Positions 49,601 through 58,022 are shown, numbered from the stretch's first letter. The stretch is 58,794 nt of DNA from an uncultured bacterium (GCA_964442615.1 CAYUAG010000009.1:1-58794); one strand, 5' to 3'. Program-made: numbers and translations. Notes: generated by a model not told the origin, from the letters alone.

Positions 49601-49970
49601 ACAAAAGGTTTTCTTTGCCGGAGCCAAATGTCCGCTCTATATCATAAAAAAAGGAGAGACTGAGATTACGGAGATAAAAGGAGACCGCAAGTCAATTGGG
49701 GGAAAGCAGCGGGAGGAGAAGCAGTTATTTACTAATCATGAGATTAAGGTTCAGAAAGGAGACAGGTTATACTTAACCACAGATGGATTTGCGGATCAGC
49801 AGAATTCAAACAATAGACGATATGGCTCAAGACGGTTGAAAATTTTTCTTCAGTCAGTTTCTGAGCTGAGTATGCAGGAACAGAGGGAAGCACTGGTACA
49901 AGAGTTGGCCAGTCATCAGGGAATAGAGGAACAGCGAGATGATATTACAGTAGTGGGAGTGAAGGTTTAA
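46629..49970 (+). CDS. Array unit A7: short-blade propeller subtype, Y_Y_Y, TM, PP2C (start probably ATG 46674 or later)
   Basis: ALDPQKAITQY start of the mature domain, about 42-aa blades of type YEDREGNLWIGT.GGL..LKDGKFT.YT..EGLS, PFFYQTKWF, PP2C motifs. Confidence 0.92.
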   Translation: MKSALSVAKRNKEKQMTSFNYIKTALLTPMKHCLYSVTVNYLFYIFKMVVLLIIVLWSSFDGWALDPQKAITQYIMNNWQLKEGLPHNSILAIVQTRDGYIWLGTGNGLVRFDGVRFIVFNKRNTEQIKMNVIETLYEDRIGNLWIGTSSGLVCLRDGKFTIYTIEEGLSHDYVKSIYEDRVGNLWIGTKGGGLNRLKDGKFTAYTTEEGLSNNNVKSIYLDREGTLCIGTEGGGLMLLRDEKFTIFTTKDGLSNNYISSLYEDQKGNLWIGTLNGLNKFRDSEFTAFTTKEGMCNNEVNVIYEDREGNLWIGTDGGLNRFKDGEFASLTMKEDLSHNIVCSIYEDREGNLWVGTLDGGLVCLRDGKLSTYSTKEGLSHNFIYSVYEDRVGNIWIGTSNGGLNCLKDGKFTTYTSRDGISTNSNILTILEDRERALWIGTDCGLNRMKEGKFTIYTIKEGLSDDMVRCVYEDQAGNLWIGTHNGGLNRLENGKFINYTTNDGLMSNTITYLHEDKEGALWIGTLGGLNCIKEGKITSYTTKEGLTNNNINTIYGDHEGTLWIGTRCGGLNCLKDGKFTSYSIKDGLFSDVIIHILEDNNNNLWISYNNGIFQVSKKDLNDFTDGKINAIHSTSYGLVDGMRSSSCTGGVQSAGLKSHDGKLWFPTLNGVVMIDPDNIKINKLPPPVIIEEVSVDNMIINPELIKKIDRIVFSPGKERFEFYYTALSFTVPEMVKFKYKLEGFDINWIDTDNRRMAYYMNIPPGDYIFKVIACNNDGVWNTTGASFSFYLKPFFYQTKWFYGLCVVLVFFMGFIGYRLRVRQLKVQKKKLERKVEERTKEIREQKYIIEEKNEQLQKKNEQILSSIRYGECIQNAILPLTEKIRFSIPQHFILYKPRDIVSGDFYWFNQVNGKIVLAVVDCTGHGVPGAFMSMLGNAFLNQIITEQQIMDPSLILTRLHEEVRTALKQEQGEADTQDGMDVCLCVLEKNRHKQKVFFAGAKCPLYIIKKGETEITEIKGDRKSIGGKQREEKQLFTNHEIKVQKGDRLYLTTDGFADQQNSNNRRYGSRRLKIFLQSVSELSMQEQREALVQELASHQGIEEQRDDITVVGVKV

Positions 49971-50020
49971 AAATAAAGAGCAGACTTAATCAATTTGTTA
50001 GTTTCACAAAATATGTACAG

Positions 50021-53000
50021 GTGATTTTTAACAGAAGAAATACTATGCACATAAAGCTATTTGGGAATGAAAAAATTAATTGGAATGTGATTTTTTATTT
50101 ATGGATACTCGAATTTATTTTTATTGAGCCTGTTTATGTACAGTCAGGAAGGGATATCCGTTTAGAACAGATTTCCCTTGAACAGGGCTTGTCCCAAGTT
50201 ACAGTCAATTGCATACTTCAAGATAGACAGGGTTTCATGTGGTTTGGGACCCAGGATGGATTAAACAAGTATGACGGTTATCAATTTACAGTGTACCGCC
50301 ATGAACCAAATGATAGTACAAGTTTAAGTTATAATCTTATTTTATCGATATTTGAAGATCAGGACGGGTATCTGTGGATTGGTACTGAGGGAGGAGGATT
50401 AAATAGATTCAATCCTAATACTGAATCCTTTATTCATTATAAGAATCAAATTGGAGACTCACTCAGTCTTAGTAATAATTCTGTTTATTCCATTTTAGAG
50501 GATACCAGAGGTAACTTGTGGGTAGGAACTTATAATGGATTAAATAAGTTTGATCGAAACTTAAAAAAAATTATTCGTTATCAGAACCAGCCTAATAATC
50601 CCCATAGTTTGAGTCATAACAGAATTTCATTTATATTGGAAGATCACAATGGTAATCTGTGGATTGGAACGGAACATGGATTAAATAAATTTGAACAAAA
50701 TTCGGAATCTTTTATTTCTTACCTGAATAATCCTGATAATTCTCTAAGCCTTAGCAATAATAATATCAAGTCTATATTAGAGGATTATAGAGGTAACTTG
50801 TGGATTGGCACTTTTGGTGGTGGATTAAATAAATTCAATATAAAAACTGAAACCTTCACCAGTTACCAAAATCAAGTTGATAATCCCAACAGCCTTAGTA
50901 ATAATTTTATCATGTCAATTTTTGAAGATTCCAGAAACAACTTGTGGATTGGGACTTCTGGTGGTGGGATAAACAAGTTAAATCCAGAATCGGAGATTTT
51001 CATAAACTATCAGCACAAGCCTAATGATCCTAAAAGTCTTGGTAATAACATAGTAATGCCAATTTTTGAAGATAGAGGAGAAAATCTGTGGATAGGAACT
51101 ATTGGAGGCGGATTGAATAGGTTTGATCCTAAGACTGAATCCTTTACTTGTTATAAACACCAAGTAAATAATCCTTATAGTCTCAATAATAATTTTGTGT
51201 TGTCGATTTTTAAAGATTCGAATGATGACCTGTGGATCGGAACAGCTGATGGTTTAAATAAATTTAATCCACTAACAAAGATCTTTACATTATATCAGCA
51301 CTACAAGGATGATCCACATAGTCTTAGCCTTAACAATGTTATGTCTATTATTGAAGATACAGATGGCAGCTTGTGGATTGGGACTTATGGTGGTGGATTA
51401 AATAAATTCGATCGTAAAACTGAAACTTTCATCTGCTATAAGAACCAGGATGGCAATCCTGAAAGTCTAAGTAATAACTTTGTGTTAAGACTTTTGAAAG
51501 ATTCGGAAGGAATTTTATGGATTGGGACAAAAAATGGTTTAAATAGATTTGATGAAAAAACAGAAACTTTTACTCATTTTTGGCACCAAACTGATAATCT
51601 CCATAGTCTTAGCCATAATAATGTATATTCTATTTTTGAAGATTGCAGTGGAATCCTTTGGTTTGGGACACAAGATGGATTAAATAAATTTGATAGGAAG
51701 TCAGAAACCTTCACTCAATATAAAAATCAGGTTAATAATCCCCATACAATAAGTCATAATTTAGTCAGGTCGATTTATAAGGATGCCGAAGGTAACCTGT
51801 GGATTGGGACAGATGGCGGATTAAATAAACTTGTCCCGAGTGATAACGAGGGATCTCCCCCAACCTTCACTTGTTACAGAGAAAAGGATGGTTTGTCAAA
51901 TGATGTTATATATGGAATTCTTGAGGATGATAATGGTTGTTTATGGTTAAGTACCAATAAAGGAATTAGTAAGTTTAATCCTGAAATTAATTCCTTCATT
52001 AATTATGATGTAAAAGATGGTCTGCAAAGTAATGAGTTTAATACAGGTTCATGTTATAAGGATGGAAATGGTCAAATGTATTTTGGTGGAGTAAACGGTT
52101 TCAATGTTTTTCACCCTGATAGCATAATGAATAATACATATGTGACACCTGTAGTTATTACAGATTTTTTGCTATTTAATAAACCAGTGAAAGTATCCCG
52201 AAATGGCAACAAATCCGACCGGTTTGAACTACAGAAACACATAAATTTCATAGGAGAAATAACTTTAGATTATACGGACTACATTTTTGCTTTTGAATTT
52301 TCAGCTTTGAATTACCGGCAATCGGAAAAAAATCAATTTGCCTATAAATTAGAAGGTTTTAACAAAGAGTGGATTAAAACAGATCATCTTCACCGCAGAG
52401 CGACTTATACGAATTTGCCTCATGGCGAATATGTATTCAGAGTAATAGCTTCAAATGATGATGGCTATTGGAACGAGGAAGGTACCAGTATTACGTTGAC
52501 CATCCTTCCTCCATTTTGGAAAACCTGGTGGTTTCGAAGTCTGATTATTGCGTTCATTGTAGGGAGTGCTTTTAGTTGGTATAAAATGCGGGTTAGAAAT
52601 CTGGAGAGACAGAAACAGAAACTTGAAAAGCAGGTTAAAAAAAGGACAATAGAAATACGTTATAAGAATAAACAACTTATGGAGAAGAATAATCAGATAC
52701 AAGAAAAGAACGAACAGATCTTAAGCAGCATCCGATATGGGGAGCGTATTCAAAATGCTATTTTACCCCTTGCCGAAAAGATACGATCTTCTATACCCGA
52801 ACATTTCATTTTTTTTAAACCAAGAGATATTGTTTCAGGTGATTTTTACTGGTTTAATCAACTAGATGGAAAAACTGTTCTGGTTGTGGTTGACTGTACT
52901 GGTCACGGTGTGCCTGGAGCCTTTATGTCCATGATTGGTAACATTGTGCTCAACGAGATTATTATCGAACAACAGATTACTAATCCTAAAAAGATTTTAG

Positions 53001-53479
53001 AGCGTCTTCATGAAGAAGTACGAACTGCCTTAAAACAGGAACAAGAAGAAGGTGTTACCCAGGACGGTATGGATGTGTGTCTCTGTGTTTTAGAGAAAAA
53101 TAGTCATAAACAAGAGCTTTTATTTGCCGGAGCCAAGCGTCCCTTATATATTATAAAAAAAGGTGAGATTGAACTTATTGAAATAAAAGGTGACCGTAAG
53201 TCAATAGGGGGGAGGCAGCGGGAGAAAAATCGGGTATTTACCAGTCATGAGATAGAGGTTCAGAAAGGAGATCAGTTATATCTGACTACAGATGGTTTTG
53301 CAGATCAGCAGGATTCAAAGAACGGGCGGTATGGATCAAGGCGTTTGAAAACTTTTCTCCAGTCAGTTGCTGAGCTGGAAATGAAGGAGCAGGGAGAAGT
53401 ATTAGCTCGGGAAATAGCCAAGCATCAGGGTAGAGAAGAACAGCGGGATGATATTACAGTGGTTGGGATAAAGGTGTGA
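50021..53479 (+). CDS. Array unit A8: propellers, Y_Y_Y, TM, PP2C
   Basis: Blade repeats with NPNSL-type loops, YTNLPHGEYVFRV, PPFWKTWWF, intact PP2C motifs. Confidence 0.93.
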   Translation: MIFNRRNTMHIKLFGNEKINWNVIFYLWILEFIFIEPVYVQSGRDIRLEQISLEQGLSQVTVNCILQDRQGFMWFGTQDGLNKYDGYQFTVYRHEPNDSTSLSYNLILSIFEDQDGYLWIGTEGGGLNRFNPNTESFIHYKNQIGDSLSLSNNSVYSILEDTRGNLWVGTYNGLNKFDRNLKKIIRYQNQPNNPHSLSHNRISFILEDHNGNLWIGTEHGLNKFEQNSESFISYLNNPDNSLSLSNNNIKSILEDYRGNLWIGTFGGGLNKFNIKTETFTSYQNQVDNPNSLSNNFIMSIFEDSRNNLWIGTSGGGINKLNPESEIFINYQHKPNDPKSLGNNIVMPIFEDRGENLWIGTIGGGLNRFDPKTESFTCYKHQVNNPYSLNNNFVLSIFKDSNDDLWIGTADGLNKFNPLTKIFTLYQHYKDDPHSLSLNNVMSIIEDTDGSLWIGTYGGGLNKFDRKTETFICYKNQDGNPESLSNNFVLRLLKDSEGILWIGTKNGLNRFDEKTETFTHFWHQTDNLHSLSHNNVYSIFEDCSGILWFGTQDGLNKFDRKSETFTQYKNQVNNPHTISHNLVRSIYKDAEGNLWIGTDGGLNKLVPSDNEGSPPTFTCYREKDGLSNDVIYGILEDDNGCLWLSTNKGISKFNPEINSFINYDVKDGLQSNEFNTGSCYKDGNGQMYFGGVNGFNVFHPDSIMNNTYVTPVVITDFLLFNKPVKVSRNGNKSDRFELQKHINFIGEITLDYTDYIFAFEFSALNYRQSEKNQFAYKLEGFNKEWIKTDHLHRRATYTNLPHGEYVFRVIASNDDGYWNEEGTSITLTILPPFWKTWWFRSLIIAFIVGSAFSWYKMRVRNLERQKQKLEKQVKKRTIEIRYKNKQLMEKNNQIQEKNEQILSSIRYGERIQNAILPLAEKIRSSIPEHFIFFKPRDIVSGDFYWFNQLDGKTVLVVVDCTGHGVPGAFMSMIGNIVLNEIIIEQQITNPKKILERLHEEVRTALKQEQEEGVTQDGMDVCLCVLEKNSHKQELLFAGAKRPLYIIKKGEIELIEIKGDRKSIGGRQREKNRVFTSHEIEVQKGDQLYLTTDGFADQQDSKNGRYGSRRLKTFLQSVAELEMKEQGEVLAREIAKHQGREEQRDDITVVGIKV

Positions 53480-53488
53480 GAAATATAA

Positions 53489-56400
53489 ATGGATCAGGCA
53501 ATGAAAATTAAATTTATTCACTTTAACAATATTTCCTTTTGGAGACTTAGGTTTATTATTATAATTACAGTTTTGTTGGGTCCAATTACTGGCTTGGCGC
53601 TTGATCCAAATAAGGCTGTTACACAATATAGTCATGATGTGTGGCAGACAGAGGACGGTCTTCCACATGAAAACATTATAGCTATAATCCAAACACACGA
53701 CGGTTACATCTGGCTGGGGACACCAGTGGGGCTCGTCCGTTTTGATGGAGTACGGTTTACTCTATTTGATAAGAGTAATACAGCTAACATAAAAAATAAT
53801 AATATTACAGAACTTTTTGAGGACAGAGAAGGAACGCTTTGGATTGGTTCAGAGGGTGGATTATACCAATTGAATGATGGGGAATTTACCTTATATACTG
53901 TGAAAGATGGCTTATCAAGCAATTACATTAGGTCAATCTATGAAGATAAGGAAGGGAGTCTCTGGATAGGCACATACGGTGGCGGGGTAAATCGATTGAG
54001 AGATGGAAAATTCACATTTTACACTACACAAGAGGGTTTGTCTTACGATTATGTGATGTCTATCTGCGAGGACCGAGAAGGGAATCTTTGGATTGCCACA
54101 CAAGGACGTGGGCTTAATCGACTAAAAGATGGGAAAATTACTACTTATACCACTCAAGATGGTTTGTCTAATGATGTCGTGATGTCAGTCTATGAGGACC
54201 GGGAGGGAAATCTCTGGATAGGCACATACGGTGGCGGGGTAAATAAACTACAAGACGGAAAATTTACTTCTTATACTACCTCAGAAGGCCTGTCGCATAA
54301 TTCTGTTATTTCAATTGTTGAGGATAAAGATTGGAATCTGTGGATTAGCACTGATGGAGGGGGGGTGAGCCGGCTAAAAGATGGAAATTTTTCCACCTTT
54401 ACCACTAAAGACGGTCTGTCTAACAATACAGTACGGTCAATCTTTGAGGATAGAGAGGGGAGCCTTTGGATAGGCACATATGGGGGTGGATTGAACCGAC
54501 TTAAAGATGGAAAATTTACAACATACACTTCAAAAGAAGGGTTGTCTGGCGAACTTGTGATGTCAGTTTATAAGGACATGGAAGGCAGCCTTTGGCTTGG
54601 CACATCCGTTGGTGGCATAAATCGATTCAAAGATGGAAAATTTACAGCCTACACCACAAAGGAAGGGCTTTCGCATAAAATTGTGACGTCGATCTATGAA
54701 GACAGAAATGAAATCCTATGGATTGGTACACTAGGTGGCGGAATTAACCGATTTAAAGACGGAAAATTTACAATTTATGCCAGAAAAGAAGGACTGTATA
54801 ATCCCTATATAAGGTCACTCTGTACAAGTAAGGATGGTAGTCTTTGGATTGGCACACACGGAAGCGGACTTTTCTGCATGAACGATGAGAAATTTATAAA
54901 TTACACCGTAGAAGATGGTCTTTCTAACGGTATTATATGGTCAATATATGAAGACAGAAAAGGCTTCCTCTGGGTTGGCACAAATGGCGGGTTGAACCGA
55001 TTCAAAGACGGGGAATTTACAGTCTACACCACGAAAGAGGGATTATCTGACGATATCGTACTATCAATATATGAGGATAGAGAAGGAAACCTCTGGGTTG
55101 GTACACATCATGGCGGGCTAAATCTATACAGAGATGGGGAATTTACAACATATACAAAGCAAGAAGGACTGTATGAGGAAAGCATTTTTAAAATCCTCGA
55201 AGATAACAAAGGAAACCTCTGGATGAGTTCTATAAAGGGCATCTTCAGAGTCTGCAAAAAAGAACTTATTGATTTCGCCGATAGGAAAATTAAGTCAATT
55301 AATTCTTATGCTTATGACAAGGCAGATGGAATGAAGAGTAATGAATGCACTATTGGTTGCCCTGCAGGATGGAAAAGCAGTGATGGAAAATTATGGTTTC
55401 CGACTATGAAAGGTCTGGCAATGATTGACCCGGAAAATATAAAAACAAATGAACAGCCCCCACCTGTGATACTTGAGCAAATCATTATTGACAATGAATT
55501 AATTGACCTGGAGGAGAATGTCCCGTTCTCTCCGGGCAAAAAGAAATTTGAGTTTCACTATACTGGACTGAGTTTTTTGGTACCTGAGAAGGTTAAGTTT
55601 AAATACAAATTAGATGGATTTGATAAGGACTGGATAGACGCTGGTACACGCCGAACGGCTTATTACACCAACATTCCACCTGGGGATTATACATTTAAAG
55701 TTATTGCTTGTAATAACGATGGAGTATGGAATGAAACCGGTGCTTCCTTTCACTTTTATTTAAGATCCTATTTTTATCAGACGAAATGGTTTTATGGTTT
55801 ATGTGTTTTGTCCTTATTATCAATGGGATTTATGATTTACCGGTTACGAGTTCGACAATTGACGGCCCAGAAGAAGAAACTTGAAATAAAAGTAACAGAA
55901 AGGACAAAAGAGATCAGGGAACAGAAAGAAATTATTGAGCAAAAGAAGGAACAACTCCAAGAGAAGAACGAGCAAATTACGAGCAGTATCCGATACGCAA
56001 AACGTATTCAACAAGCGATTCTACCATTGGATGAAAGAATTCAATCTTTTCTGCCGGAACATTTTATCTTATATAAGCCGAAGGACATTGTCTCTGGTGA
56101 TTTCTACTGGTTCAATCAAATCAATGGTAAGATCCTTCTTGCGGTTGTGGACTGCACGGGTCACGGCGTACCCGGCGCTTTCATGTCCATGATCGGGAAT
56201 ATCCTGTTGAATGAAATCGTCAATGAGCTGCACGTCACCGATCCGGCATTGATTTTAGAGAATCTGCATATAGGTGTACGTTCTGCCTTAAAGCAGGAGA
56301 ATGGAGAGACTAATACAGATGACGGCATGGATATTTGCTTATGCGTTTTGGATAGGAAAATGAAAAATGTTGTCTTTGCTGGTGCAAAGCGTCCGCTTTA

Positions 56401-56746
56401 TTTAGTAAGGGGAAATAATCACGGTTTAGAACAATCTGAAATCATAGAAATTAAAGGGGATCGGAAGTCAATCGGTGGAAAACAAAGAGAAAAAAGACGC
56501 ACCTTCACGAGAAGGAAAATCAAAATTCAAGAAGAAGACGAAATTTATCTGATGAGTGATGGGTTTATCGATCAATCGGATACTGAGAATAGAAAATATG
56601 GAACGAAGCGAATGAAGAATTTCTTAGAGTCGATTGCGGGATTGGATGTTGAAAAACAGAAAGAAGCATTACTTCAGGAATTGGTGAACCATCAGGGAAA
56701 GGAAGAACAGAGGGATGATATTACCGTGGTGGGAGTAAGGGTGTAA
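53489..56746 (+). CDS. Array unit A9: short-blade propeller subtype, Y_Y_Y, TM, divergent PP2C
   Basis: ALDPNKAVTQY, 42-aa blades, YFYQTKWF. PP2C has YAKRIQQAILP, DCTGHG, DDGMD, MSDG, RDDITV. Confidence 0.93.
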   Translation: MDQAMKIKFIHFNNISFWRLRFIIIITVLLGPITGLALDPNKAVTQYSHDVWQTEDGLPHENIIAIIQTHDGYIWLGTPVGLVRFDGVRFTLFDKSNTANIKNNNITELFEDREGTLWIGSEGGLYQLNDGEFTLYTVKDGLSSNYIRSIYEDKEGSLWIGTYGGGVNRLRDGKFTFYTTQEGLSYDYVMSICEDREGNLWIATQGRGLNRLKDGKITTYTTQDGLSNDVVMSVYEDREGNLWIGTYGGGVNKLQDGKFTSYTTSEGLSHNSVISIVEDKDWNLWISTDGGGVSRLKDGNFSTFTTKDGLSNNTVRSIFEDREGSLWIGTYGGGLNRLKDGKFTTYTSKEGLSGELVMSVYKDMEGSLWLGTSVGGINRFKDGKFTAYTTKEGLSHKIVTSIYEDRNEILWIGTLGGGINRFKDGKFTIYARKEGLYNPYIRSLCTSKDGSLWIGTHGSGLFCMNDEKFINYTVEDGLSNGIIWSIYEDRKGFLWVGTNGGLNRFKDGEFTVYTTKEGLSDDIVLSIYEDREGNLWVGTHHGGLNLYRDGEFTTYTKQEGLYEESIFKILEDNKGNLWMSSIKGIFRVCKKELIDFADRKIKSINSYAYDKADGMKSNECTIGCPAGWKSSDGKLWFPTMKGLAMIDPENIKTNEQPPPVILEQIIIDNELIDLEENVPFSPGKKKFEFHYTGLSFLVPEKVKFKYKLDGFDKDWIDAGTRRTAYYTNIPPGDYTFKVIACNNDGVWNETGASFHFYLRSYFYQTKWFYGLCVLSLLSMGFMIYRLRVRQLTAQKKKLEIKVTERTKEIREQKEIIEQKKEQLQEKNEQITSSIRYAKRIQQAILPLDERIQSFLPEHFILYKPKDIVSGDFYWFNQINGKILLAVVDCTGHGVPGAFMSMIGNILLNEIVNELHVTDPALILENLHIGVRSALKQENGETNTDDGMDICLCVLDRKMKNVVFAGAKRPLYLVRGNNHGLEQSEIIEIKGDRKSIGGKQREKRRTFTRRKIKIQEEDEIYLMSDGFIDQSDTENRKYGTKRMKNFLESIAGLDVEKQKEALLQELVNHQGKEEQRDDITVVGVRV

Positions 56747-56767
56747 ATAGAGTAAACATCATATTTT

Positions 56768-57667
56768 TCATTCAAGAATAAAGTTAAAAGGATCTTGAGG
56801 AATATCATTATAGAAAACACCATAATGAAGATGAGGGGAAGTCGATTTGCCACTATTGCCAGTTAAACCGATTTCATCCCATCGTTCAATTTTTTGACCT
56901 ATTTTGACATGAATTTCTGATAAATGGGCGTAGAGTGTTTTATACCCAAAGCCATGATTTATTATTATGAATTTTCCATATCCTTTATTTTTTATAAAGT
57001 TTTCCCTGACAGCAACTATAGTTCCTCCACCAGTTGCTATTATTTTTGTACCAATTTCTGTACAGATATCTATTCCGGGATGTTCAACAGTTTTATTTGT
57101 AAATGGATCTTTTCTTTTACCAAAAGTTGATGAAATCCATCCTTTTCTAACAGGTCTAATGGAAGGATAGTGTGAAATTTTAAACATGCTCGAAGAAATA
57201 TTTTCTTTTAAATGAGACATGCTTTTATTTAACCAATTGATTTCATTTTCTATTTTTGATAATTCCATCTCTGTTTTTATGATTTCGGGATGATTAAAGT
57301 TTTTTAAAGATGGATAACTTTCTGGCCCTCCTACACCATATTGGATATTAGTGGTAGAATTTGGAGAGAGTATACTTATTTTTTTGTTTTCTTTTTTTAA
57401 TTTATTTAAATGCATTAAAATGGAATCAGTTCTGTCCTGCCATGAACTAAATTTTATCCGTAATAAATTATTTTCATTTTTTAAATTATAGATTTTAAAT
57501 TCATTAACACCTTTAAATAGAAATTGTGCTAAAGGTAATGATATTAGAATGAATATCACTAATAGAGTTATTAACATAAGTAAACCCTTTAACCTTGATA
57601 GATATGTACTGTATGATTTTTCACTTTCTGTTTCAATAAGTGTTAAAATGTAATGTTTTTTAGCCAT
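56768..57667 (-). CDS. M23 family metallopeptidase (peptidoglycan endopeptidase) with N-terminal TM and coiled coil
   Basis: ISSTFGKRKDPF, HPGIDI (HxxxD), GYGKFIII.H, YAHL, TGNSGKSTSPHLHY (HxH). Confidence 0.93.
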   Translation of the reverse strand: MAKKHYILTLIETESEKSYSTYLSRLKGLLMLITLLVIFILISLPLAQFLFKGVNEFKIYNLKNENNLLRIKFSSWQDRTDSILMHLNKLKKENKKISILSPNSTTNIQYGVGGPESYPSLKNFNHPEIIKTEMELSKIENEINWLNKSMSHLKENISSSMFKISHYPSIRPVRKGWISSTFGKRKDPFTNKTVEHPGIDICTEIGTKIIATGGGTIVAVRENFIKNKGYGKFIIINHGFGYKTLYAHLSEIHVKIGQKIERWDEIGLTGNSGKSTSPHLHYGVFYNDIPQDPFNFILE

Positions 57668-57709
57668 TTTTTCCTTTAATTTTATTTAATTATTTTTATA
57701 CTTACTTAT

Positions 57710-57725
57710 TGCAAATATAGTGCCA
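57710..57725 (-). promoter_or_regulatory. Sigma54 promoter for the M23 peptidase
   Basis: Minus strand TGGCACTATATTTGCA is a perfect TGGCAC-N5-TTGCA, 43 bp before the start codon. Confidence 0.9.
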
Positions 57726-57863
57726 TAATTATATATAAAGTAGTTAGTTGCTGAATTAATATTTTAAGAATTTTAGTATTTTTTGAAACAAATAATATTG
57801 TAAGGTTAACAAAAAGATAAACTATAATTTTTTAAATTAAATTTGTTTAGATGATATTATTGT

Positions 57864-57898
57864 GGTATTTATTTCCTATATATCTGGTAATGTTTACC
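57864..57898. promoter_or_regulatory. Putative tandem bEBP enhancer sites shared by the divergent promoters
   Basis: GGTATttaTTTCC at 57864 and the perfect palindrome GGTAAtgtTTACC at 57886, 22 bp apart, between the two promoters. Confidence 0.65.
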
Positions 57899-58006
57899 TA
57901 AATTTTTTTTAATTTTATTTAATATATTAGATAAATAATATAAAAATAAATAATAAAAAATAAATACTTAGCAGGAAATTATATAATTCATTTTAAAAAT
58001 AAATCA

Positions 58007-58022
58007 TGGCATGTGGTTTGCA
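58007..58022 (+). promoter_or_regulatory. Sigma54 promoter for flgN
   Basis: TGGCATGTGGTTTGCA (GG-N10-GC). Confidence 0.85.

Noticed and set aside
22270-56746. Diversity-generating retroelement as the source of variation in the array
   Set aside because: There is no reverse transcriptase in the window, and differences between repeats are not adenine-specific. The pattern fits ordinary recombination or conversion.
22270-56746. CRISPR array or integron cassette array
   Set aside because: The repeats are protein-coding blades and domains rather than constant repeats with unique spacers. I found no cas or integrase genes and no attC-like sites in the spacers.
22270-56746. Calling the array genes hybrid two-component histidine kinases
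   Set aside because: The sensor module is the same, but there is no H-box, HATPase, REC or AraC domain. The output domain has PP2C motifs.
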